In this document: piece after piece, positions 21,211-29,370 of the stretch
How positions within the stretch are numbered: position 1 is the first letter of the stretch
Layout: the number at the start of each line of letters is the position of its first letter
Assembly: GCF_013365495.1 (NCBI RefSeq)
Contig: NZ_CP046580.1
Location: 720,001-752,000 of the forward strand
DNA length: 32,000 nt
Reading direction: 5' to 3'
Source of the DNA: Candidatus Saccharimonadota bacterium
GTDB taxonomy: Bacteria; Pseudomonadota; Alphaproteobacteria; Rickettsiales; Anaplasmataceae
Position numbers and translations under genes: made by a program
The notes under the pieces: model-generated
Database searches by the model: none
Told to the model about the DNA's origin: nothing
What the model saw: the letters and a program-made list of their open reading frames with translations, nothing else

Positions 21211-21309
21211 GCAAACTCTTACTAGAGAGCATTATTTACCAAGTAAAAAATCATATATATTCGTTAAATTACTTGATACAAAAAAACTTTTTACTATAAG
21301 TTATAAAAT

Positions 21310-22827
21310 TTAATGAAAAAAATTACGAATACCAGTAAAAAACATAGCGATTTTACTTTTATTTGCAGCTGCTATCACATCTTGATCTTTTAGAGAGCCT
21401 CCAGGCTGAACTATCGCTGTAATTCCATATTTTGCACCTTTAATTATACTATCTGAAAATGGAAAAAATGCATCTGAAGCAAGCACAGCACCTTTACATC
21501 TTTTACCTGCTTTTTTTACTGCAATATTAACACTATCTATTCTACTTGTTTGCCCTGCACCAATACCAACAGTACATTCATTTTTCACTATAACTATCGC
21601 ATTTGATTTCACATATTTACATATTTTCCAAGCAAAAAGCAGATCCTTTTTTTCTTTTTCTGTTACAGCAGACTCTGTTACTTGATTCATTTCCTCCGTT
21701 CTTATTATATGGTCATTATTCCCTTGTATTAAAAAACCACCGACAACATTTTTAATTTTATATTTTATATCTTGCTTAAAGGACCTATAAATAATAATTA
21801 TCAAATTCTTCTTTCTCCGTAAAATTTGCAATGCTTCATTATTTATTGATGGCATAACAACTATCTCCAAAAATATCTCATTTAATTTTTTTGCTAGCTT
21901 GAAATCCACCTCTCGATTTAAAGCTACTATACCACCAAAACTACTTACTTTATCGCATGACAAAGCCTTTTCATATGCTTCTAAAACATTACTACCAACA
22001 GCAACACCACATGGATTATTATGCTTAATTATTACTGCTATAGGCTCTTTAAACTCAGAAATCACATCAAGTGCAGATTCTACATCTAATATATTATTAT
22101 AACTCAAATCTTTACCATGTATCTTTTCTAGCGGATACTTTGTAAATTGATTACTATAAAATGCAGCTTTTTGATGAGGATTTTCACCATATCTCAGTTC
22201 TTGCATCTTATATCCACACAAAGCAAAAAATTTTGGCAACTTACTACTATCCTTACTTTGTGATATAAACCAATTATAAATATTAGAATCATAATATGTG
22301 GTAAGAGCAAACGCTTTAGTTGCTAGATATTTTCTATATTTCAACGTAGTTTTATTATCATTCTTAATCATCTCAATTTTTAATATTTCATAGTCTTCAA
22401 TACTAGAAATAACTGAAGTAAAATGAAAATTTTTTGCTGCAGCCCTAATTAAGGCTACTCCACCGATATCAATTTGTTCTATAATCTGCCCATAACTTGC
22501 CATGTTATTTACTTCTTCCCAAAATGGATATAGATTAACTATCAGAAGATCTATAGGCTCAATTCCTAAATCTTGCATTTCCTCATTATACTTTTTTTGA
22601 CCACAAAGTATTCCTCCATAAATTTTAGGATGTAAAGTTTTCACCCTACCACCCAGTATCTCTGGAAACTCTATATAATCTGAAACTTCTCGCGTTTTTA
22701 CCCCAGCTTCAAATAGTACCTTATAAGTATTTCCAGTTGAAAGAACTTCTACTCGTCGCTGTACTAAAAACAATGCAAGATCAACTATATTTGTCTTATC
22801 AAACACTGATATTAAAGCTCTTTTCAT
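21310..22827 (-). CDS. purH: Bifunctional AICAR transformylase / IMP cyclohydrolase
   Basis: Track gives 21310..22863. I trimmed to ATG 22827 (MKRALISVFDKTNIV...). Contains GGRVKTLHPKI, the MGS-like N-terminal domain, and GAGQTSRIDS plus ASDAFFPF in the AICARFT domain. Confidence 0.95.
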   Translation of the reverse strand: MKRALISVFDKTNIVDLALFLVQRRVEVLSTGNTYKVLFEAGVKTREVSDYIEFPEILGGRVKTLHPKIYGGILCGQKKYNEEMQDLGIEPIDLLIVNLYPFWEEVNNMASYGQIIEQIDIGGVALIRAAAKNFHFTSVISSIEDYEILKIEMIKNDNKTTLKYRKYLATKAFALTTYYDSNIYNWFISQSKDSSKLPKFFALCGYKMQELRYGENPHQKAAFYSNQFTKYPLEKIHGKDLSYNNILDVESALDVISEFKEPIAVIIKHNNPCGVAVGSNVLEAYEKALSCDKVSSFGGIVALNREVDFKLAKKLNEIFLEIVVMPSINNEALQILRRKKNLIIIIYRSFKQDIKYKIKNVVGGFLIQGNNDHIIRTEEMNQVTESAVTEKEKKDLLFAWKICKYVKSNAIVIVKNECTVGIGAGQTSRIDSVNIAVKKAGKRCKGAVLASDAFFPFSDSIIKGAKYGITAIVQPGGSLKDQDVIAAANKSKIAMFFTGIRNFFH

Positions 22828-22966
22828 TATTATGAAATAAAATTTTTCTGAAATTATACACAAATAAAGTAACTATATAACTCTTGAACTTTTTACTTTA
22901 ACCTTTTCTCACTGATTATCACATTAATTTATATAATTTACAAAATATGTAGTATATATTTTAATA

Positions 22967-22993
22967 TCATATTATATCATACATATAATATGA
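22967..22993. promoter_or_regulatory. 11-bp inverted repeat with a 5-nt loop between the fumC stop and the purH start
   Basis: tcatattatat-catac-atataatatga has perfect 11-bp arms that are almost entirely A/T. It could be the fumC terminator stem or a purH operator. Confidence 0.3.
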
Positions 22994-23221
22994 CAATTAA
23001 TCTTGCTAAAGTTGTAATTGTTTAGAATTAATCTAACATAAATACAACATTTAATACCTTCATATTCTAATATAAATTAATATACATTACTACTTAATAT
23101 TCTTCTATATCAAAGCCTTACAATGCTCATTAACTATTTAATGGTTAACTCCTTCATTATAAGGGGCAAAATTATTATAAATACTACAAAAATTAAAAAT
23201 AACTCCAAATACAATATAAAA

Positions 23222-24637
23222 TTAGTAGCTATACAAATTTACCATCTCTTTTGGATTTACTATTTTTTCAAATTCCTTCTCAGTAAGCAATCCTAATTTT
23301 ATTGTAGCTTCTTTCAGGGTTATATCCTCTTCATGGGCAAGTTTTGCTATTTTTGCTGCATTGTCATATCCTATATGAGTATTTAATACAGTGACTAACA
23401 TCAATGACTGATTTAGAAAACCTTTTATCCTTCTCTCATTTGCTTTAATACCAAGCACACATTTTTCTGCAAAACTTAAACTTACATCAGCTAAAAGTCT
23501 TATAGACTGTAAAATATTATAAATTATTACTGGCTTAAACACATTTAATTCAAAATGACCATTTGAGCCGCCAATAGTTACAGCAACATGATTTCCCATA
23601 ACTTGAGCACATACCATAGTTACTGCTTCACATTGAGTAGGATTTACCTTACCTGGCATAATTGAAGAACCAGGTTCATTTTCTGGTAATATTATTTCTC
23701 CAATCCCACATCTAGGACCAGAACTCAGTAATCTTAGATCATTCGCAATTTTCATCAAACTAACCGCTACCGTATTAAGTGTTCCACTTAATTCAACTAA
23801 AGCATCATTAGCTGCTAATGCCTCAAACTTACTTTGTGCTGAAGTAAATGGAAGATCAGTAATTTTTGCTATTTCTTTAGCAACACTCTCGGCAAAGCCA
23901 CGGCTAACGTTTAGCCCTGTACCAACTGCAGTGCCACCCTGCGCAAGCTCATATACATTACCCAGAGCTAACTTTACCCTCTCTATCCCCTTTTTAACCT
24001 GAACCATATAGCCAGAAAACTCTTGCCCTAGTGTCAAAGGTACTGCATCTTGCAAATGAGTACGTCCTACTTTTATTATGTTTTTAAACTCCTGAACTTT
24101 ATCATTTAGCGTTTTACGAAGCCATTCAAGACTAGGAATAAGAGAATGATTTATTTCTCTTGCTACTGCTATATGCATTGCTGTTGGAAAAGTATCATTT
24201 GATGATTGACCACAATTTACATGATCGTTTGGATGCACTGGAAATTTACTACCTAAATTACCACCCAAAATCTCTATTGCACGATTACTAATCACTTCAT
24301 TCATATTCATATTAGTCTGAGTCCCAGAGCCAGTTTGCCATACAACAAGAGGAAATTCATCATTAAATTTACCATCTATTACCTCCTGTGCAGCCATGCA
24401 AATTGTATTCCCTACTTTTTTATCTATAGCATTAGACTTCATATTGACACGTGCTACCGCAAGCTTTACTATCGCTAACGCTTTAATTAGAGGTTCTGGC
24501 ATTTTCTCTATACTAATTTTAAAATTCTCCAAGGAACGTTGTGTTTGTGCTCCCCAATAATGCCTACTTGGTACTTTAACTTCACCTAAACTATCTAATT
24601 CTACTCTAACTCTTTCATCCATATTGCTCTCTATCAT
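23222..24637 (-). CDS. fumC: Class II fumarate hydratase
   Basis: 471 aa. Contains WGAQTQRS and the signature [16 protein letters not shown] at 24637; the alternative start is the Met at 24622. Confidence 0.96.
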   Translation of the reverse strand: MIESNMDERVRVELDSLGEVKVPSRHYWGAQTQRSLENFKISIEKMPEPLIKALAIVKLAVARVNMKSNAIDKKVGNTICMAAQEVIDGKFNDEFPLVVWQTGSGTQTNMNMNEVISNRAIEILGGNLGSKFPVHPNDHVNCGQSSNDTFPTAMHIAVAREINHSLIPSLEWLRKTLNDKVQEFKNIIKVGRTHLQDAVPLTLGQEFSGYMVQVKKGIERVKLALGNVYELAQGGTAVGTGLNVSRGFAESVAKEIAKITDLPFTSAQSKFEALAANDALVELSGTLNTVAVSLMKIANDLRLLSSGPRCGIGEIILPENEPGSSIMPGKVNPTQCEAVTMVCAQVMGNHVAVTIGGSNGHFELNVFKPVIIYNILQSIRLLADVSLSFAEKCVLGIKANERRIKGFLNQSLMLVTVLNTHIGYDNAAKIAKLAHEEDITLKEATIKLGLLTEKEFEKIVNPKEMVNLYSY

Positions 24638-24942
24638 ATCATCAAATTTAAATATAATTTAACTATACAAATTTTTCATAAAACATTTTACTCTCATTTT
24701 ATTATAACTATTATTAACCTAAGCATTAAGTATACTAACATTATACTTTTTTTTAAAGCAACCATCTACAAATAAAGTTTTAAGCATAACATCCCCCTCC
24801 CTCTTTAAAACTTTTAAATTCCTTTAGTTCTAAATATCCAAAAATAGACTAATTAACAAAGTAAAAAAAATCTAGAACAACCAATACTTAAACACTACTC
24901 ATCAATTTTATACTCTTTAAAGTACTCAAAATATTTATAAAT

Positions 24943-24970
24943 GTGTTTCCACTTATACAGTGGAAAACAC
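24943..24970 (-). terminator. Candidate rho-independent terminator of lysS
   Basis: gtgtttccac-ttataca-gtggaaaacac forms a 10-bp stem with one bulge. It starts about 45 nt downstream of the lysS stop. On the minus strand it is followed by atttataaatatttt. Confidence 0.45.
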
Positions 24971-25015
24971 TAAATTTCACAAAATATATAACATGTATAT
25001 AGACAAAACTAAACT

Positions 25016-26551
25016 TTAAAGTGTGCGCTTAATAGCATCATCTATAAGAAAAATTGTATTATCTATTCCATAAAGCTTTATAAAAGAACCCATTTTTGGA
25101 CCATCTTTTTGACCAAGTAATGCTTTATAAAGCAGCTTAAACCAATCACGCAAATTACTATAATTATTTTTTTTTCCAATTAAAAAAACCTGAGATTGAA
25201 TCTCTTCAGCAGTAGCCATAATAGGTAAGGAACCTAAAACATTTTTTAAATCTAGTAACGCTTCTTTCTCTTTCTTACTTAGAACTTTATATTTTTTTGT
25301 TGGCTTGATAAAGTCATGATAATACCTCACTGCAAAATTTGTTAATTTATCAAGCATTTTATTGTTCTCCGGTGTGATACCTGACACATAAGTAGATATA
25401 AATCCCCAAAGAATCTCTTTATTTTCAGCGTTACAAGCCGCTGCTAAGTTTAAAAGTAACGAGAAACTTATACTTGAAATCTCTATGCTTGGAACATTGC
25501 CTTGATGAATATGCCATATAGGACTATCTATACATCTCTCTTTATTTTCATTATAATGCTTAACAAGCTCTAAATACTTATCAGTTAATCTTGGTATAAC
25601 ATCAAAGTATAAACGTTTAGCTTTTTGTGGATTCTGAAAAATATATAACGCTAAACTCTCTGTTGGTGCATAAGTAAGCCACTCCTCGAGTGAAATACCA
25701 TTTCCCTTTGATTTTGATATTTTCTTTCCTTCTTTATCAAGAAAAAATTCATAGCAAAATAGAAGTGGAGGTTTTTCTCCAAGAATTTCACATATTTGAC
25801 TCGAAAGTACAGTAGATGGAGCTAAATCTTTTCCATGAGCTTCATAATTCACTCCAAATGCAGCCCATCTCATTCCCCAATCTGGTTTCCATTGCAGTTT
25901 ACATTTGCCCCTCGTCACCAAAATTTCTATTTTTCTTCCATTTGTATCCTTATATGTAATTGTTCCTTTATTAATATCCTTTTCAACTACTGGAACTTGT
26001 AAAACTTGAGAAAATCTCGAACATATTGGCAAAAAGGGACTATAAGTTTGCTGCCTTTTTTCTCGGAATGATGGAAGCATTACATTCATTACTTTATCAT
26101 AATTTTTCAGCAAAAGTAAAAGCTTTTCATCATAAATACCAGATTTATAACATTCTGTAGCACTTCTAAATTCATATTCAAAACCGAATAAATCAAGAAA
26201 TTTACATAATAATGAATTCATATGGTGACCATAACTTTCATGAGTACCAAATGGATCTGGTATCATGGTTAATGGCTTATCTAAATGTTCTCTTAACATT
26301 TCCTGATTTGGTATATTATCTGGTATTTTTCGCAACCCATCCATGTCATCAGAAATTACAATAATTTTAGTCTTTATATCAGAAGCTATTTTTTTTAGTG
26401 CATTCGCAACAACTGTAGTAAGAAAAACTTCTCCAAAAGTACCAATATGTGGTAAACCTGAAGGCCCATAGCCAGTTTCAAATATTATCTCTTTCTTATC
26501 AGGAAATCTTTGTAATATTTTTTCTGCTTCCTGAAAGGGCCAACTTATCAT
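25016..26551 (-). CDS. lysS: Class I lysyl-tRNA synthetase
   Basis: HIGH-like LPHIGTFGE and KMSKS-like KISKSKGNG with a class I LysRS layout. The track start at 26566 is a TTG codon, so I use ATG 26551 (MISWPFQEAEKIL). Confidence 0.93.
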   Translation of the reverse strand: MISWPFQEAEKILQRFPDKKEIIFETGYGPSGLPHIGTFGEVFLTTVVANALKKIASDIKTKIIVISDDMDGLRKIPDNIPNQEMLREHLDKPLTMIPDPFGTHESYGHHMNSLLCKFLDLFGFEYEFRSATECYKSGIYDEKLLLLLKNYDKVMNVMLPSFREKRQQTYSPFLPICSRFSQVLQVPVVEKDINKGTITYKDTNGRKIEILVTRGKCKLQWKPDWGMRWAAFGVNYEAHGKDLAPSTVLSSQICEILGEKPPLLFCYEFFLDKEGKKISKSKGNGISLEEWLTYAPTESLALYIFQNPQKAKRLYFDVIPRLTDKYLELVKHYNENKERCIDSPIWHIHQGNVPSIEISSISFSLLLNLAAACNAENKEILWGFISTYVSGITPENNKMLDKLTNFAVRYYHDFIKPTKKYKVLSKKEKEALLDLKNVLGSLPIMATAEEIQSQVFLIGKKNNYSNLRDWFKLLYKALLGQKDGPKMGSFIKLYGIDNTIFLIDDAIKRTL

Positions 26552-26662
26552 TAAAAACTGAATCAAATTACTTATCTTACCTAAAAAGCTACTTATTTCA
26601 ATGGATTTTTAATTAATGATGTACTAATAATTAGTATTAGAATATATTTAATTAAGGTAAAA
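26552..26662. promoter_or_regulatory. Divergent lysS / virB3 intergenic control region with a 15-nt palindrome
   Basis: 111 bp between divergent start codons. tactaat-a-attagta (26622-26636) is a perfect palindrome 27 nt upstream of the virB3 ATG. AAGG sits 5 nt before ATG 26663. I could not confidently place the promoter hexamers. Confidence 0.4.
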
Positions 26663-26956
26663 ATGTCTACAGGCAGCATACAAACAAATCAATTATTCAA
26701 AGGTCTTACAAGACCTGCAATGCTCTTTGGCGTAAGTTATATGTTCGCAATATTAAATGTTTTAATTTGCATGTTAATTTTTATTAACACAAATGATCTT
26801 AGAACTTTCTTGGTTTTATTCGGAATACATGGACTTGGTTACATAGCTTCTGCAAAAGAACCGTTGTTTATTGAACTACTTAAAGTAAAATTAGGAAAAT
26901 GCTCAAGATGTCTAAACCGTCTTTACTATGGAGCCAATTCCTACGATATTACTTAA
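26663..26956 (+). CDS. virB3: Type IV secretion system protein VirB3
   Basis: 97 aa. LFKGLTRPAMLFGV followed by two hydrophobic segments. It lies immediately upstream of virB4. Confidence 0.88.
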   Translation: MSTGSIQTNQLFKGLTRPAMLFGVSYMFAILNVLICMLIFINTNDLRTFLVLFGIHGLGYIASAKEPLFIELLKVKLGKCSRCLNRLYYGANSYDIT

Positions 26957-26961
26957 TCTAT

Positions 26962-29370
26962 ATGATATTGAAATTCAGGGCTATTCAATCAAAAAATAAA
27001 TCCATTTTAAACAGAGAAGTTCATACTGCTGAATTTATACCTTATTCTTACTATTGGAATAGCACAACTCTAATAACAAAACAAAACTGGTTAGTAAAAT
27101 TTATAAAATTAAGTGGCTTCGCGTTTGAAACAGCTGACGATGAAGATTTAGTAATACAAAATAATATCAGAAATCAGATGCTAAGAAGCATTTCCTCTCC
27201 AACATTTGGGTTATACTTTCATACTATCAGACGCAAAAAAAATATTTTTTCTAATGAATCCGCAAGTCAAAAATTACCAAATTTTTTTGCTAATTATGTC
27301 AATCTTAAATGGAAAGAAAAGCTCTCAACAAGAAAATCATTTATTAATGACTTATATATTACAATTATTCGTAGAACAGACATAAAAGGGATAGAATTTT
27401 TATCATACTTATTAAAAAAATTCGGGCATGTAACTTCAAAATATGCCTGGGAAAGTGACATGTACGCTACTTATGAAGACTTAGAAGAAACAACAAACCG
27501 TGTAGTAACAAGCCTTAAAAATTATTCTCCTAAGATTCTTGGAGTAAAAGAAACACAAAATGGTCTATTTTGCGAAATAATGGAATTCCTATCTAGAATT
27601 GTAAATTGTGGTTTTATCACAAACACTCTTTTTCCCTTAAGAACCGAAATATCGAAATATCTACCAGTACATAGGCTATTCTTTGGTCACAAAACTATAC
27701 AAGTCTTAACTCATAATGAAAGCAAATATGCTGGAATAGTCAGCATCAAAGAATATGGAAATAATACCTATGCAGGGATGCTTGACCATTTTTTACAACT
27801 TCCATATGAGTTCATCATTACACAATCCTTTCAATTTACAAACAGACAAATAGCAATTGCAAAAATGCAAATACAACAAAATCGCATGATACAATCCGAT
27901 GATAAAGCTATTTCTCAAATAGCAGAAATTTCTCATGCACTTGATGATGCAATGAGTGGCAAAATTGCATTTGGTGAACATCACTTAACTATTCTATGTA
28001 TAGAAAAGAATCATAAGTCATTAGATAATGCTTTATCGTTAATAGAATCGGAACTTTCTAATTGTGGTGTTTACCCCATCCGTGAAAAAGTTAATCTTGA
28101 ACCAGCATTTTGGGCGCAAATTCCTGGTAATTTTGATTATATAGTAAGAAAAGGTACAATAAGCAGTCTTAACTTAGCTGGCTTTGTATCTCAACACAAT
28201 TACCCTACAGGTAATAAATTCAATAATCACTGGGGAAATGCTGTTACAGTTTTTGACACAACATCTGGTACACCATTTTTCTTTAACTTTCATATAAGAG
28301 ATGTTGGTCATACCATGATAATTGGTCCAACTGGTACTGGTAAAACTGTTTTAATGAACTTCTTATGTGCTCAAGCAATGAAATTCTCTCCAAGAATATT
28401 TTTCTTTGATAAAGATCGTGGCGCAGAAATCTTTTTAAGAGCACTTGGCGGCATCTACACTCTAATAGAACCAAGAACCAAAACAAATTTTAATCCCTTA
28501 CAACTCAATGACACCCCTGATAATAGAACATTTTTAATGGAATGGATAAAATCTTTAATTTCGGTTTATAATGATAAATTTACTTCAGAAGATATTACTA
28601 GAATTAATGACGCAATTGAAGGGAACTTTAAATTAAAAAAAGAAGACAGATTTTTAAGAAATCTTGTACCATTTTTAGGTCTTACAGGCCCTGGAACTCT
28701 AGCTGGAGCAATATCTATGTGGCATAGTGATGGTTCTCATGCTGCAATATTCGATAATAAAGAAGACCTACTGGATTTTTCAAAAGCAAGGGTATTTGGC
28801 TTTGAAATGGCTAGCTTACTCAAAGATACTGTTGCTCTTGGACCGGTATTGATTTACTTATTTCATAAAATCAGCACATCTCTTGATGGTACCCCATCTA
28901 TTATTGTACTTGATGAAGCGTGGGCATTAATAGATAATCCAGTCTTTGCACCAAAAATAAAAGATTGGTTAAAAGTACTGAGAAAGTTAAACGCTTTCGT
29001 GATCTTCGCTACCCAAAGTGTTGAAGATGCAAGCAAAAGTACCATTAGTGATACACTTGTACAACAAACAGCAACACAAATTTTTTTACCAAATTTAAAA
29101 GCTACTACCGTTTATCGAGATGTTTTTATGTTAACTGAACGTGAATACATACTAATCAAGCACACAGATCCAAGTACTAGATTTTTTTTAGTAAAACAAG
29201 GAGCTAATGCCGTTGTGGCTAGAGTAGACTTAAAAGATCTAGATGACATAGTCAATGTATTATCTGGACGTGCAGAAAGTATCCTACTGTTACACGATAT
29301 ATTAAAAGAAGTAGGAAATGATCCCAAAAAGTGGTTACCCATTTTCTACCAGAGAGTAAAAAATGTTTAA
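26962..29370 (+). CDS. virB4: Type IV secretion ATPase VirB4
   Basis: Walker A GPTGTGKT, Walker B IIVLDEAW, FATQS, and an N-terminal EFIPY segment. I start at ATG 26962, 5 nt after the virB3 stop, giving about 802 aa. ATG 26899 or 26908, with AGGA just upstream, are alternatives that would overlap virB3. Confidence 0.93.
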   Translation: MILKFRAIQSKNKSILNREVHTAEFIPYSYYWNSTTLITKQNWLVKFIKLSGFAFETADDEDLVIQNNIRNQMLRSISSPTFGLYFHTIRRKKNIFSNESASQKLPNFFANYVNLKWKEKLSTRKSFINDLYITIIRRTDIKGIEFLSYLLKKFGHVTSKYAWESDMYATYEDLEETTNRVVTSLKNYSPKILGVKETQNGLFCEIMEFLSRIVNCGFITNTLFPLRTEISKYLPVHRLFFGHKTIQVLTHNESKYAGIVSIKEYGNNTYAGMLDHFLQLPYEFIITQSFQFTNRQIAIAKMQIQQNRMIQSDDKAISQIAEISHALDDAMSGKIAFGEHHLTILCIEKNHKSLDNALSLIESELSNCGVYPIREKVNLEPAFWAQIPGNFDYIVRKGTISSLNLAGFVSQHNYPTGNKFNNHWGNAVTVFDTTSGTPFFFNFHIRDVGHTMIIGPTGTGKTVLMNFLCAQAMKFSPRIFFFDKDRGAEIFLRALGGIYTLIEPRTKTNFNPLQLNDTPDNRTFLMEWIKSLISVYNDKFTSEDITRINDAIEGNFKLKKEDRFLRNLVPFLGLTGPGTLAGAISMWHSDGSHAAIFDNKEDLLDFSKARVFGFEMASLLKDTVALGPVLIYLFHKISTSLDGTPSIIVLDEAWALIDNPVFAPKIKDWLKVLRKLNAFVIFATQSVEDASKSTISDTLVQQTATQIFLPNLKATTVYRDVFMLTEREYILIKHTDPSTRFFLVKQGANAVVARVDLKDLDDIVNVLSGRAESILLLHDILKEVGNDPKKWLPIFYQRVKNV

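Noticed and set aside
26552-26662. Replication origin at the lysS/virB3 divergence point (gene orientation switches here)
   Set aside because: Hand counts show no inversion of G/C skew to the right of this point. I saw no cluster of DnaA-box-like TTATCCACA sequences, and 111 bp is very short for an oriC.
26899-26961. Longer virB4 start (ATG 26899 or 26908) overlapping virB3 by about 50-58 nt
   Set aside because: Not excluded, since AGGA precedes 26899. However, the spacing is very short, and ATG 26962 gives the roughly 800-aa length typical of VirB4 with the conserved N-terminus intact. It is kept as an alternative.
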